Source of the DNA: an uncultured Candidatus Rokubacteria bacterium
GTDB lineage: Bacteria > Methylomirabilota > Methylomirabilia > Rokubacteriales > DASRDR01
DNA length: 64,000 nucleotides
Direction: 5' to 3'
NCBI GenBank assembly: GCA_963708025.1
Contig: CAVPSB010000015.1
Coordinates: 224,001-288,000 of the forward strand
Below are positions 1 through 11,363 of this stretch, one piece after another; position 1 is the stretch's first letter, and every line of letters begins with the position of its first letter. The position numbers were made by a program, and so were the translations under genes. A model generated the notes under the pieces. The model was not told the origin of the DNA. It ran no database searches and saw only the letters and a program-made list of their open reading frames with translations.

Positions 1-361
1 CGCCGACGGTGGGGAACGCGATGAAGGTGAGGATGATCGCCGGGGCGATCGTCCAGGCCAGCTCCAGGCGTGCGTTGCCCCGGACCTGCGGGGGGAGGGC
101 GGCCGGGTCGCGCTCGCGGAAGCGGAGGATCGCCACCAGGAGGACGGCCGCGACGACACCGAAGATGGCGATGTCCCACCAGAGGATCTGCAGGAAGATC
201 GAGTGACTCTGCCGGGCGAAGTCCGATCGGGGCAGGAGCGTCGTCTGCGGAGAGGCGAGCCCGCAGCCGGCCAGCGACACGACGAGCGCCGCTAGGCGGC
301 CCGCGCGGGTGAGCCGAAGACGGCGGCGGTCAGGGTGCGGCCCGCCGGGCACGGCGATCAT
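1..361 (-). CDS. coxB: cytochrome c oxidase subunit II, N-terminal part (runs off window; absent from ORF track)
   Basis: Manual translation of the minus strand: lipobox SLAGC, TM helix, then QVRGNARLELAWTIAPAIILTFIAFPTV, the typical COX2 TM signature. Confidence 0.88.
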   Translation of the reverse strand, partial: MIAVPGGPHPDRRRLRLTRAGRLAALVVSLAGCGLASPQTTLLPRSDFARQSHSIFLQILWWDIAIFGVVAAVLLVAILRFRERDPAALPPQVRGNARLELAWTIAPAIILTFIAFPTVG

Positions 362-509
362 ATTCCCAAATGAAACCGGAAAACGCAATGGCCGGGCGAC
401 CCCCGAGCCGGGAGGTCGCTCGGCGGAGCCGTGCGTCGGGCCCGCTTCGATCGCTCGCAGCCCGGCCTGTCCGCCCCGGCGCGGGGCCCGGGCCCGCCCG
501 GACCCGCCC

Positions 510-538
510 TTGACAGACCCGGAATGTCGGCATACAGT
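510..538 (+). promoter_or_regulatory. sigma-70-type promoter for the NtrC-family gene
   Basis: TTGACA-17 bp-TACAGT, 33 bp upstream of ATG 572. Confidence 0.6.
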
Positions 539-571
539 CCGGCCGATCGCGTTTGTTCCGGTGAAGGCGCG

Positions 572-1981
572 ATGACCCTCAGCTGGCCCGATACCGCTCC
601 CCCCCACATTCGGCCGGTCGTCCTGGTCGTGGACGACGACACCGGCCTGCGGGAGTCCTTTCGCCTGATCCTGGAGGACGAGTACGACGTCCTGGAGGCC
701 GCCGACGGCGCCCAGGCCCTCGACACGCTCCGGACCACGCAGGTCGATCTCGTGCTCCTCGACATCCGGCTGCCCGACATCGACGGCATCGCGGTGCTCG
801 AGCAGATCAAGGCGTTCGACGACCACATGGAGGTCATCCTGGTCACCGCCGTCCAGACGGTGCGGACCGCGGTGGCGGCGATGAAGCTGGGCGCCTTCGA
901 CTACGTCACCAAGCCGTTCGAGGAGGACGACATCCTCCCCCTCGTGCATCGCGCCATCGAGAAGCGTGCCCTGAGCCGCGAGGTCGTGTACCTCCGATCC
1001 GAGCTGGCACGCCGGCTCGATTTCGAGGAGCTGGTGGGCCGGGCGCCCCAGATGCAGCGGCTCTACCAGCTCATCGAGTCGGTGGCCCGGACCCAGGTCA
1101 CCGTGCTGATCCTGGGCGAGAGCGGTACCGGCAAGGAGCTGATCGCCCGGGCCATCCACCGGCAGGGCGCCACCCGGGACGGCCCCTTCGTTCCCGTGAA
1201 CGTGGCCGCCATCGCCGACGGCCTCCTGGAGTCGGAGCTGTTCGGCCACGAGAAGGGGGCGTTCACCAACGCGCTGCAGAAGAAGCTGGGGAAGTTCGAG
1301 CTGGCCCACGGGGGCACCCTGTTCCTCGACGAGATCGCCACGCTGCGGATCGATCTCCAGGCGAAGATCCTGCGCGTGCTCCAGGAGCGCGAGATCGAGC
1401 GCGTGGGTGGCATCCGGCGAATCAAGATCGACGTGCGGGTGCTGGCGGCCACCAATGCCGATCCGAAGCGTGCGGTCCAGAGCGGCGCCCTCCGCGAGGA
1501 CCTCTACTACCGCCTCAACGTCGTCCAGATCAACGCGCCGCCGCTCCGGGAGCGGCGGGAGGACATCCCGCTGCTGGTGGAGCACTTCCTCCGCAAGTAC
1601 AGCCAGGAGTTCCACAAGCGGATCGTCGGTGTCGCGCCGGCCGCCCTGGAGGTCTTCCAGGCCTACTCCTGGCCGGGCAACGTGCGGGAGCTCCAGAACA
1701 TCGTCGAGCGCGCCGTCGCCCTGGTCGAAGGCTCCACCATCGACGTCAAGGACCTGCCGCTCGACCTCCTGCTCCCGGACCGCGGCGCCCGCGCCGAGGG
1801 GTCCGAGGAGCTCCCCCTCAAGGAGGCCCGCGAGCAGTTCGAGCGCCAGCTCATCCTCCAGGCGCTGGAGCGGGTGCAGTGGAACCGGACCCAGGCCGCC
1901 CGGCTCCTCGGGATGCACCGGAACTCGCTGAAGGCGAAGCTCGAGGCGTGGGGGATCCGCGGGCTGGGGTCCGACCCCTGA
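572..1981 (+). CDS. sigma-54-dependent response regulator (REC-AAA+-Fis HTH, NtrC/AtoC family)
   Basis: VDDD...LLDIRLPD receiver; GESGTGKE Walker [42 protein letters not shown]. Confidence 0.95.
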   Translation: MTLSWPDTAPPHIRPVVLVVDDDTGLRESFRLILEDEYDVLEAADGAQALDTLRTTQVDLVLLDIRLPDIDGIAVLEQIKAFDDHMEVILVTAVQTVRTAVAAMKLGAFDYVTKPFEEDDILPLVHRAIEKRALSREVVYLRSELARRLDFEELVGRAPQMQRLYQLIESVARTQVTVLILGESGTGKELIARAIHRQGATRDGPFVPVNVAAIADGLLESELFGHEKGAFTNALQKKLGKFELAHGGTLFLDEIATLRIDLQAKILRVLQEREIERVGGIRRIKIDVRVLAATNADPKRAVQSGALREDLYYRLNVVQINAPPLRERREDIPLLVEHFLRKYSQEFHKRIVGVAPAALEVFQAYSWPGNVRELQNIVERAVALVEGSTIDVKDLPLDLLLPDRGARAEGSEELPLKEAREQFERQLILQALERVQWNRTQAARLLGMHRNSLKAKLEAWGIRGLGSDP

Positions 1982-1986
1982 TCGAC

Positions 1987-2027
1987 CTGCACAGCTGACT
2001 GTGCAGTGTGCACAGTGCACTGTGCAC
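1987..2027. promoter_or_regulatory. tandem TGCAC-N8-GTGCA palindromes, putative bEBP enhancer (UAS)
   Basis: CTGCACAGCTGACTGTGCAG (1987-2006) and the perfect palindrome GTGCACAGTGCACTGTGCAC (2008-2027); extra half site near 2100-2111. Confidence 0.65.
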
Positions 2028-2212
2028 CGGTCCCTAACACACCGCATTCACGATCGTTTCGGTCACTGTTCGCGCCGGGATCGCCGTGCCGACCGCCCAG
2101 TCACTGTGCACCACCCCCGGGGGGCCGATGGGCTCCGGTTCGACGGCTTCCCGCGAGCAACCACCGGAAAAGCGACCCGTTCCCGGCCTCTGGCCCCGAC
2201 CTCCATCGATGC

Positions 2213-2228
2213 TGGCGCGCTCGTTGCT
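2213..2228 (+). promoter_or_regulatory. sigma-54 -24/-12 promoter
   Basis: TGGCGC-GCTCG-TTGCT matches TGGCAC-N5-TTGCW with correct GG/GC spacing, about 100 bp upstream of the kinase gene. Confidence 0.75.
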
Positions 2229-2331
2229 CTTCGAGATCTCACCCGGTTGCCGGGACCGCCATGACAACGTCTGCCGGCAGTGCCACTGACGCTTCGGGTC
2301 GGGGCCCGGAGCGATGCCAGGAGGCGCCGCA

Positions 2332-4342
2332 ATGTCCCGCCCGGGGGCTCGGCCGGTGAGGGCGCCGGGCCGGCCGTCGCCGCGCGGTCTCGGGAAGCGG
2401 GACCGGCCCTGGCCGCGCTGGCTCTCGCTGCAGACCCGGCTCACCGCCGGTGCCGTGTTCGTCATCGCGCTGACCATGGCGGTCCTGATCGGGATCGTCG
2501 AGCACCGCCAGCGGGCGGCGATCCTCAACGAGGTGCAGCGGCTCGGCGAGGCGCTGGCCAAGAATCTCGCCGCCATCTCGTCGGGGCCGCTCGTTCTCCG
2601 CAACTTCGCGGCCCTCGAGCAGACCGTGACCCGCATGGCCCCCGACACCGACGTGGAGTACGCGATCATCCTCGACGCCGAGGGGAAGGTCGCCGCGTCG
2701 AGCGAGGGCTCGGAGGCGGTCGGCTCCGTTCTCGACGACGCGGTCTCCCGACAGGCGGTGACGGCCCGGGCCCTGCTCGTCCAGGAGCGATGGCTGGCCC
2801 GGACCGGGCACTTCTTCTACGATTTCGCCTTCCCGGTGGAGATCCGGGGACGGCGCGTGGGGACGGTGCGGGTCGGCCTCTCCAAGCAGCGGGTCGAGAC
2901 GGAGATCGCCAAGACCCGGCGCGAGCTGGCGCTCCTGGCGCTCATCACGCTGGTGGGGGGAGGGGTGGCGGCGGCCCTGGTCGCCCGCCGCATCGCGCGC
3001 CCCGTCCGCCAGCTGGCCCACGGCGTGGCCGCCATCTCCCGGGGCGATCTCAACCAGCGGATCGAGACGGCGTCGTCCGACGAGATCGGCCAGCTCGCTC
3101 TCGCGTTCAACCACATGGCGAGCGAACTGCTCGAGGAGCGGACCGCGCTCGAAGCCGCGCATGCCGAGTTGGAGCGCCGCTTCGCCGAGCTCTCCGATCT
3201 GAAGAGCTACACGGACCACGTCTTCGGCTCACTCACGAGCGGCATCGTGACCCTCGACCTCGACGGGCGAATCGTCACCCTCAACCCGGCCGCCGAGTCC
3301 CTCACCGGGTGCCGGCTGGCGGACGTCCGCGGGCGGCCGGGGGCCGAGGCGTTCGCCCACATGCCGGAGCTGAGCGAGCTGCTGGCCCGGGCCCTGATCA
3401 CCCGGATGGGCGAGGCGGTGGTCTCGGCCAGCCTGACCCGACCGGGCGCCCCGCCGTCGCAGGTGGAGCTGACCACCGAGCCGCTCCGGGGCGCCGAGGG
3501 CAAGGACCTGGGGGTGGTGGCGGTCCTGCGCGACCTCACCAAGGTGCGGCAGCTCGAAGAGCAGCTCCGCCGCTCGGACCGCCTGGCCGCCCTCGGCACT
3601 CTCGCCGCCGGTCTCGCCCACGAGATCAAGAACCCGCTGACCTCGTTGTTGACGTTCAGCCGCCACCTGTCCCGTCGATTCGGCGACGAGCGCTTCCGCG
3701 AGCGCTTCCAGAACGTGGTGCCGCGCGAGCTGGAGCGGATCAACGCCATCGTCGACGGGCTCCTGCGCCTGTCCCGCCCGTGCCGGCTGACGCTCGGCCG
3801 GGTCACCGTGCCCGATCTGCTCGAGCAGGTGCTGGAGCTGTACGGCAACCAGCTCGACGCCAAGCAGATCACCCTGGTGCGGGAGTACTCGCCGGCCCTG
3901 CCGGCCATCGCACGCCGATCGGGAGCAGCTCTACCAGGCGGTGGGCAACCTGGTGACCAACGCGCTGGACGCCATGCCGGACGGCGGCACGCTGACGGTG
4001 CGGGCCGACTTCTCCGACGCCGGGGCCACCGCCTTCGTGGCTCCCGGCCGCTGGTTCGCGAGCCAGCGGATCCGCATCGAGATCTCGGATACCGGGACCG
4101 GCATCCCCCCCGTGCAGTCCGCGCAGGTGTTCGACCCCTTCTTCACCACCAAGCGAAGCGGCACCGGGCTCGGGCTGGCCATCGTGCACAAGATCGTCGA
4201 GGATCACGGGGGGAGCATCGTCTTCCGGCCGGCGCCGGGTGGCGGCACGGTGTTCACGGTGCTGCTCCCGCTTTCGGGACGCCGGGCCGACCGCGGGGTG
4301 GAGGCCGAGTCTTCCCTCGGCCTGCCCGGCAGCTTCCCATGA
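2332..4342 (+). CDS. membrane sensor histidine kinase (TM-periplasmic-TM-HAMP-PAS-HisKA-HATPase); frameshift near 3910
   Basis: AGGAGG RBS; LAHEIKNPL H-box; after the frameshift NLVTNALDAM, DTGTGI, FDPFFTTK, GTGLGL. Confidence 0.9.
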
Positions 4343-6372
4343 GCCCGGGAGCGGGGGCGACCGCGCCGCCCAGGGTGGTGACCTTCCCGGACGAGCCGAT
4401 CCACGTGCTGCACGTGGGGCCGCACCCGGTGGACGTCGTCCGGGCGCGCCACCACCTGCTGGGTCACGGGGGGCGCTTCGCGGTGGACGGCGCGCTCACC
4501 GCCGACGAGTGCCTGGCGCATCTCGCCCGCGAGCCCTACGACGTGCTGCTCGTCGCCGACCGGGCCACCGACATGGGCGGCCTCGAACTGCTGCGCGCCG
4601 TGCGGGCTCGCCCGGACAGCGTCCCGGTCGTCCTTCTCCTGCGGGAGCGCGACGATCGGATCGCCGGGGACGCCGTCTCGCTCGGGGTCTTCGACTACCT
4701 GGTGGAGCGGGCTGGAGATCTCGTCAAGCTGCCGCTCGTCCTGGGGAACGCGGCCACCCAGCGCCGGCAGGCCGACGCGCGCCGGAGCATGAGCCTCTTC
4801 AGCGATCTCGTCGGCACCCTGGGCTTCAGCGTCGAGCGGGACGACCTGCTCCAGCGCATCGCGGAGGCCGCCGTCGAGCTGCTGCAGGTGGACTGGTCAC
4901 TGCTCCTGCTCCTGGAGAACGGTGACACCCTGGTTCCTCACGCCTGGGCCGGGGCCGGCCCGGGCGCCCTCGCCGGGCTGCGCTTCCCGGCGGAGAGCGA
5001 CGGCTGGCAGCGGCTCTGGTCGGTCCCGGCCCCGGTCCGGCTGGAGCCGATCGCGGTGAGCGTGCCGTGGTCCGTCACCTCGATGACGGCCGGGCTCGAG
5101 CCGGCCCTCGCCGTCCCGCTCGTCGGCAACGGACGGCGGCTGGGCGCCCTGCTGATCGCCGCCCCGCCGGCCCGGCGCTTCCGGACGAGCGAGGAGCGGC
5201 TGTTCCGGACGCTCGCCGAGCTGACGGCGGTGGCGGTCGAGAAGCACACCCTGGCCCACCAGCTCGTCCACACCCAGCGGCTGTCCACGGTGGGCCGCAT
5301 GGTCGCCGGAATCGCGCACGAGCTGAACAACCCGCTGGCCGTCATCCTGGGGAGCCTCGACCTGCTCCGGCAAGAGCCGGTGGCCGACCGCTACCCGGAG
5401 CGTCTGGCCCGCGTCGCCACGCAGACCGAGCGGGCCGTCAAGATCGTCCGGACGCTGCTCGCGCTCGCGCGGAACCGGCCGACCCAGCGGACCACCGTTT
5501 CGCTCGGCGCGCTGCTGACCGAGACGCTGGAGCTGACGGCCTACGACCTCAAGCACAGCGACGTGCGGGTGGTCTGGCAGCTTCGCGACGACCTGCCGCC
5601 GGTGGCGGGCGATCCGGACCAGCTCCGGCAGGTCTTCACGAACCTCGTCCTCAACGCGTGTCAGGCGATGCGGGCGAGTGGGAGGACGGGAACCCTCACC
5701 GTCAGCGCCGATGTCGTTCCCGCCGGCGACCGGGTCCGCGCCACCGTGGCCGACAGCGGTCCGGGAATCCCGTCCGAGCACCTGCCTCACGTCTTCGAGC
5801 CGTTCTTCACCACCAAGGCCGAAGGGGAGGGGACCGGGCTCGGCCTGGCCATCTGCCAGTGGATCGTCGAGAGCCAGGGGGGGCGGATCTCCGTGGACAG
5901 CCAGCTCGGGCAAGGCGCCCGGTTCACGGTGGAGCTGCCCGCCGCCGGCGCCCCGGGAGATCTGGCGGCGATGCCGAGGCCGAGGCCCGGCGCGCCGCTC
6001 GCCGGCGTCTCCGTGCTCCTCGTGGAGGACGAGCCGCTGGTGGGAGACATGATGGAGGATCTGCTTCGGCTGGATGGGCACGCGGTCGACCGGGCGGTCA
6101 ACGGGCGCGAGGCGCTCGACCGGCTCGCCCGGGGGTCGTACGCCCTGATCATCAGCGACGTCCGGATGCCGGACCTGAGCGGTCCGGCCCTTCACCAGGA
6201 GCTGCTCCGCATCGACGCCGCGCTGGCCCGTCGCGTCGTCTTCGTCACCGGGGACGTCATGAGCCCGGAGACGCAGTCGTTCCTCGATCAGGCGGGGCTC
6301 GCGTATCTCGAGAAGCCATTCGAGGTCGCCGACTTCCAGGCGGCCGTCCGCCGCGCCCTCCGCTCCGCCTGA
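4339..6372 (+). CDS. cytoplasmic hybrid histidine kinase (degenerate REC-GAF-HisKA-HATPase-REC)
   Basis: ATGA overlap with the upstream stop; IAHELNNPL, NLVLNA, GTGLGL; C-terminal LVEDE...SDVRMP...KPF. Confidence 0.9.
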   Translation: MSPGAGATAPPRVVTFPDEPIHVLHVGPHPVDVVRARHHLLGHGGRFAVDGALTADECLAHLAREPYDVLLVADRATDMGGLELLRAVRARPDSVPVVLLLRERDDRIAGDAVSLGVFDYLVERAGDLVKLPLVLGNAATQRRQADARRSMSLFSDLVGTLGFSVERDDLLQRIAEAAVELLQVDWSLLLLLENGDTLVPHAWAGAGPGALAGLRFPAESDGWQRLWSVPAPVRLEPIAVSVPWSVTSMTAGLEPALAVPLVGNGRRLGALLIAAPPARRFRTSEERLFRTLAELTAVAVEKHTLAHQLVHTQRLSTVGRMVAGIAHELNNPLAVILGSLDLLRQEPVADRYPERLARVATQTERAVKIVRTLLALARNRPTQRTTVSLGALLTETLELTAYDLKHSDVRVVWQLRDDLPPVAGDPDQLRQVFTNLVLNACQAMRASGRTGTLTVSADVVPAGDRVRATVADSGPGIPSEHLPHVFEPFFTTKAEGEGTGLGLAICQWIVESQGGRISVDSQLGQGARFTVELPAAGAPGDLAAMPRPRPGAPLAGVSVLLVEDEPLVGDMMEDLLRLDGHAVDRAVNGREALDRLARGSYALIISDVRMPDLSGPALHQELLRIDAALARRVVFVTGDVMSPETQSFLDQAGLAYLEKPFEVADFQAAVRRALRSA

Positions 6373-6400
6373 CCGCTCGCCTGACCCGCGCGCGCCGACC

Positions 6401-6435
6401 ACGGGGGTCTTCCGGGACCCCCCCGAATGATCTAG
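6401..6435. repeat. short REP-like hairpin (family C), similar copy at 60221-60255
   Basis: GGGGGTCTTCCxxGACCCCC(C)CGAA..CTAG occurs in both places, each intergenic. Confidence 0.55.
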
Positions 6436-6473
6436 TGTGGGGGCGGTCCGAAACCGGCTGCCGGAGGGTTGAC

Positions 6474-7764
6474 ATGCAGGGTGTGACGCTTCCGACCGAG
6501 ACCGTCTTCGTCATGGAGATGTCGCCGATCAAGTTCGGCCTCGGGGCCACCGACGAGATCGGCCACGACGCCCGACGGCTGGGCGTCCGCAAGGTGCTGC
6601 TGGTGACCGATCGTCACGTCGCGGAGCTGGGTCTGCCCGAGCGCGTCGCGGGGCTCCTCGGCGAGCAGGGCATCAAGGCCGAGATCTACGACGGCGTCGA
6701 GGTCGAGCCGACCGACCGCTCGATCGAGGAGGCGGCCGACCACGCGCGGACGAAGGAGTTCGACGGGCTGGTCGCGGTGGGGGGTGGCAGCGCCATCGAC
6801 ACCGGCAAGGCCGTGAACCTCCTGACCTGCCACCCGGCGCCGCTCCTCGACTACATCAACAAGCCGGTGGGCAAGGGGACACCGGTCCCCGGGCCGCTCA
6901 AGCCGCTGATCGCCGTCCCGACGACGGCCGGGACCGGCAGCGAGACGACGGCGGTGGCGGTCGCCCACGTCGTGGACCAGCACGTGAAGGCCGGCGTCTC
7001 CCACCGGCTGCTGCGGCCCGCCCTCGGCATCGTCGATCCGCTGAACACGCTGGCGGCGCCGCCGGAGGTGACCGCCGCCGCCGGCGCCGACATCCTGACC
7101 CACGCGATCGAGTCCTACACGACGCGGCCCTACGACGCCCGGCCCAAGCACCATCCCCCGGATCGGCCCGCCTACGTCGGAGCCAACCCGGCCAGCGACA
7201 TCTGGTGCGAGAAGGCCATCGAGTACGTGGGACGCTACCTCCGCCGGGCCGTCCTCAACGGCCTCGACCTGGAGGCCCGGGTCCACCTCGCGCTGGCCGC
7301 GACCTACGCGGGCATCGGCTTCGGGAACGCGGGCGTCCACGTCCCCCACGCCGTCGGCTATCCCATCGCCGGCCTGGTTCGCGACTTCGTCCCGCCGGGA
7401 TACCGGGCGCGCCACCCGCTGGTGCCGCACGGCATGTCCGTGATCCTGCCGGCGCCCGCCGTCTTCCGCTTCACCTACCCGACGTCGCCGGAGCGCCACC
7501 TCCGCGCGGCGGCCCTGCTGGGCGCCGCCGGTCACGGGGCTCTCGGACGCCGAGCGCCGGGAGGCACTGCCGGCGGCCCTGATCGCCCTCATGCGGGACA
7601 TCGGGATCCCGAGCGGGCTCCGGGCCATCGGCTACACGGAGGCCGACGTGGCGTCCCTCGTCGAGGGGACCCTCAAGCAGCCGCGGCTGCTCTCGGGGGC
7701 GCCGCGTGCGGTCGGAGCGGCGGAGCTCGACCGGATCCTGCGCGACGCGATGGGGTACTGGTAG
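6474..7764 (+). CDS. hydroxyacid-oxoacid transhydrogenase / iron-containing alcohol dehydrogenase; frameshift near 7530
   Basis: [41 protein letters not shown]; shifted frame ends ...ILRDAMGYW*. Confidence 0.88.
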
Positions 7765-7840
7765 CCGGTCCTCCGGTTCGCTCGGTCCGGCAACGGTCGT
7801 CCGCGCCCGGCTTGCCGCCTCGTGTATCATGGCAAGGTCG

Positions 7841-9514
7841 ATGGCACACCAGTACATCTTCACCACGCGCGACCTGCGCAAGGTGGTCCCGCCGAAGCGC
7901 GAGATCCTCCGGGGCATCTCGCTCGCCTTCTTCCCCGGGGCCAAGATCGGCGTCCTCGGCGCCAACGGCGCCGGCAAGTCCACGCTCCTCCGGATCATGG
8001 CCGGGGTGGACGACGACTTCCTGGGCGAGGCGCGGCCCGCCGACGGCATCCGGATCGGCTACCTCCCGCAGGAGCCGCGGCTCGACCCCGCCAAGGACGT
8101 CCTCGGGAACGTCCAGGAGGGGGTGGCGACCACCCGGGCCCTGCTGGCCGAGTTCGAGGCGGTGTCGGCGCGGTTCGGCGAGTCCCTGACCGACGACGAG
8201 ATGGAGCGGCTCCTGGCCGAGCAGGCCCGGCTCCAGGACGCGATCGAGGCGGTCGGCGGCTGGGAGCTGGACCGCACCGTCGAGATCGCGATGGAGGCCC
8301 TCCGGGTGCCGCCCGGCGACCAGGAGGTGCGGACCCTCTCCGGCGGCGAGGCGCGCCGGGTGGCCCTCTGCCGGCTCCTGCTCGAGCGGCCGGACATGCT
8401 GCTCCTCGACGAGCCGACGAATCACCTCGACGCCGAGTCGGTCGCCTGGCTCGAGCGGTTCCTGCAGGAATACCCCGGCACGGTGGTGGCGGTGACCCAC
8501 GATCGCTACTTCCTCGACAACGTCGCCGGCTGGATCCTCGAGCTGGATCGCGGCTACGGCATCCCCTGGCAGGGCAACTACTCCTCCTGGCTCGAGCAGA
8601 AGCAGGCCCGGCTCGCCGCCGAGGAGAAGGCCGAGTCGGCGCGCCAGCGGACGCTGGCGCGCGAGCTCGAGTGGGTGCGGATGTCGCCGCGGGCCCGCCA
8701 GGCGAAGAGCAAGGCTCGGCTGTCCGCCTACGAGACCCTGCTGGCGGCGGAGGCCGAGCGCCGGGCCGACGACGTCGAGATCGTCATCCCGCCCGGGCCG
8801 CGCCTCGGCGACGTCGTGGTGGCGACCGAGCACCTCGGCAAGGGATACGGGGACCGGGTCCTCATCGACGACCTCTCGTTCAGCCTGCCCCGGGGCGGCA
8901 TCGTCGGCGTGATCGGCCCGAACGGCGCCGGCAAGACGACGCTCTTCCGGATGATCGTCGGGGAGGAGAAGCCGGACACCGGGACGCTCAAGGTGGGCGA
9001 GACCGTGGTGGCGGCCTACGTGGACCAGTCGCGGGATGCCCTCGACGGCAAGAAGACGGTCTGGGAGGAGATCTCGGGCGGCGCCGAGACGCTGACCCTC
9101 GGCCGCCGCCAGGTGGCGTCCCGGAGCTACCTCGCCTCGTTCAACCTGAAGGGCGCCGACCAGCAGAAGCGGGTGGCCGACCTGTCGGGGGGCGAGCGGA
9201 ACCGGGTCCACCTGGCGAAGCTCCTGGTGCGCGGGGGGAACCTGCTCCTCCTCGACGAGCCCACCAACGACCTCGACGTGGACACGCTGCGGGCCCTGGA
9301 GGACGCGCTCCTCGGCTTCGGCGGCTCGATCGTCGTGATCAGCCACGACCGCTGGTTTCTCGACCGCATCGCGACGCACATCCTGGCCTTCGAGGACGAG
9401 GGCCGGGTGGTCTGGTTCGAGGGCAACTACGCCGACTACGAGGCCGACCGGAAGAAGCGCCTCGGCGCCGAGGCCGACCGGCCCCACCGCCTGCGCTACA
9501 AGCGACTGCGCTGA
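7841..9514 (+). CDS. ettA: energy-dependent translational throttle protein EttA (ABC-F)
   Basis: MAHQYIFT...[23 protein letters not shown], two ABC domains, [20 protein letters not shown] linker, PHRLRYKRL end. Confidence 0.95.
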   Translation: MAHQYIFTTRDLRKVVPPKREILRGISLAFFPGAKIGVLGANGAGKSTLLRIMAGVDDDFLGEARPADGIRIGYLPQEPRLDPAKDVLGNVQEGVATTRALLAEFEAVSARFGESLTDDEMERLLAEQARLQDAIEAVGGWELDRTVEIAMEALRVPPGDQEVRTLSGGEARRVALCRLLLERPDMLLLDEPTNHLDAESVAWLERFLQEYPGTVVAVTHDRYFLDNVAGWILELDRGYGIPWQGNYSSWLEQKQARLAAEEKAESARQRTLARELEWVRMSPRARQAKSKARLSAYETLLAAEAERRADDVEIVIPPGPRLGDVVVATEHLGKGYGDRVLIDDLSFSLPRGGIVGVIGPNGAGKTTLFRMIVGEEKPDTGTLKVGETVVAAYVDQSRDALDGKKTVWEEISGGAETLTLGRRQVASRSYLASFNLKGADQQKRVADLSGGERNRVHLAKLLVRGGNLLLLDEPTNDLDVDTLRALEDALLGFGGSIVVISHDRWFLDRIATHILAFEDEGRVVWFEGNYADYEADRKKRLGAEADRPHRLRYKRLR

Positions 9515-9527
9515 AGAATTCCTCCAA

Positions 9528-9596
9528 CCTCCGGCTCCCCCCTCCCCCCGGTGGGTGGGGGAGGGGGCTGGGGGGGTAGGCGGGAGGTCCCAAATG
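9528..9596 (+). repeat. G/C-tract hairpin repeat (family B), copy 1
   Basis: CCTCCGGCTCCCCCCTCCCCCCGGTGGGTGGGGGAGGGGG...GGGAGGTCCCAAAT, near-identical at 23316 and 56505. Confidence 0.8.
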
Positions 9597-10536
9597 ACAC
9601 CGAGCGAGACCGAGGTCATCGGCTACCTGAAGACGCTGTCGAACTGGGGGCGCTGGGGCGCCGAGGACCAGCTCGGCACGCTGAACCTGATCACGCCCGC
9701 CAAGCGCCTGGCGGCGGCCCGGCTGGTGCGGGACGGCGTCCCGGTGACCTGCGCCCGGCCCATCGTGACCGCCATCTCCGCCGACACGACCTTCCAGGTC
9801 ATGCGCTTCATGGTGGACAGCGGGGAAGGACGCGACACCGCGTCCCGCCGAGCGGCTGCTGGCCCGCCGCGGCGCCGGCGAGTTCATCGGGATGGTCTTC
9901 CACGGCTACACGGTGACCCACGTGGACACGCCGGCCCACTTCTTCTGGGAGGGCAAGATCTACAACGGGCGCTCCTGCAACCTGATCACCTCCCGCGAGG
10001 GGGCCACCGTGGAGGCCGTCGAGCTGCTGCACGACGGCGTCGTGAGCCGCGGCGTTCTCCTCGACGTGGCGCGCGCCCGCGGCGTCCGCTGGCTGGAGCG
10101 CGGGGAGGGCCTCATGCCGGACGACCTGGAGGCCGCCGAGCGGGCCCAGGGCGTGCGGGTAGAGCCGGGCGACATCCTGCTCGCCCGGACCGGCAACTAC
10201 GCCCGCCGACTCGCCGAGGGGCCGGCGAACCCGCTCCAGGCCGGCTCGCCGGGGCCGCACGCGGCGCTGGCTCCCTGGCTCCGCGAGCGGGGCGTGGCGA
10301 TGTGGGGGAGCGACACCCACAACGACGTCACGCCGACGCCCTACCCCGCCATCGGGTCGCCGTTCCACATCGTCGCGCTGGTCGGCCTCGGACTCTGGCT
10401 CATCGACAACATGAACCTCGAGGACGTGGCCCGCGCCTGCGCCGAGCGGAGCCGGTGGGAGTTCCTGCTGACCATCGCTCCCCTCCGGCTGGAGAACGTG
10501 ACCGGCTCCCCGGTCAACCCGATCGCGCTGTTCTGA
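9594..10536 (+). CDS. cyclase-family (kynurenine formamidase-like) metallohydrolase; frameshift near 9845
   Basis: SNWGRWGAEDQLGTLNLIT; HGYTVTHVDTPAH; GSPVNPIALF. Confidence 0.88.
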
Positions 10537-10796
10537 GCAGCCGGGGGGCCCCGACCCCTCCGGCAGGGGGCGGCCCCACCCTGTAACGGGGGACGACGCC
10601 ACCGTCCGAAACCGCCGGTCACCCCCCCGCCCTCCCCGCCACCGGCCTTGCCGCGCCGCAGCCGCTTCCCCCCGAACCTTCGATCGGGATTGGCGAAGGC
10701 CCGCGGCTGGCGACGACACGCCGGCCCCCCGGCGGACGGCATCTACGTTGCTACATGTAAGGGAGCCAACACCCAGGAAGCGGGAGGAAGCGTTCG

Positions 10797-11072
10797 ATGA
10801 GACCTTACGACAGCCGGCATGCGACGCTCGATCCAGGGTTGACCGCGCTGGCCCTCCGCGCCATGCACGAGCGTGACGGCTCCTACCCGTTCGTCGAGCG
10901 GTTCCAACAGCGCCGCCCGCGCCGCCGGCCCCAGCCCGCCCGCGCTCCGTCCCGTCCGGCCGCGCCGGCCGAGCCCGCTCCCTTCTGGCCACGCAGCCTG
11001 CGGGCCGCCGAGCTGTTCCCGACGCTCGTCCGACTCCGTCGGCTCGGCGGCACCCTGTCCGCCGCCGCGTAG
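10797..11072 (+). CDS. hypothetical protein, 91 aa
   Basis: GGGAGGA RBS upstream and plausible codon usage; no family recognised. Confidence 0.45.
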   Translation: MRPYDSRHATLDPGLTALALRAMHERDGSYPFVERFQQRRPRRRPQPARAPSRPAAPAEPAPFWPRSLRAAELFPTLVRLRRLGGTLSAAA

Positions 11073-11363
11073 TCTCGGCGCCGCCCTCGCCTCCCGGGGC
11101 GCGCGAACCCGACGCGTGCCCTGCATCGCCCTGGCCTTGCGCCAGCCAGGCTTCTGCATTTTGGGCTTGACAGGATTTCGGATGGCGAATGAGCGGCAGT
11201 CGCGGCCTCGACCCTCAGTCCCTCCCAGCGAACCGGACCGCCCGGCGGCAACGCGCGCCGCCGGCGTGGAGTCGAAAATCATTCCCCGGTCGACGAGCGG
11301 AAGTCAGGTGGCCTCCCAGGTCGCCCGAAAATCGGGTGATAGAGTGCGAGCGGGAGGCCCATC

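Noticed and set aside
2314-6372. 1352-aa ORF as a single double-kinase fusion
   Set aside because: The frameshift near 3910 bypasses the first kinase's HATPase domain and stop at 4342; two genes overlap at ATGA
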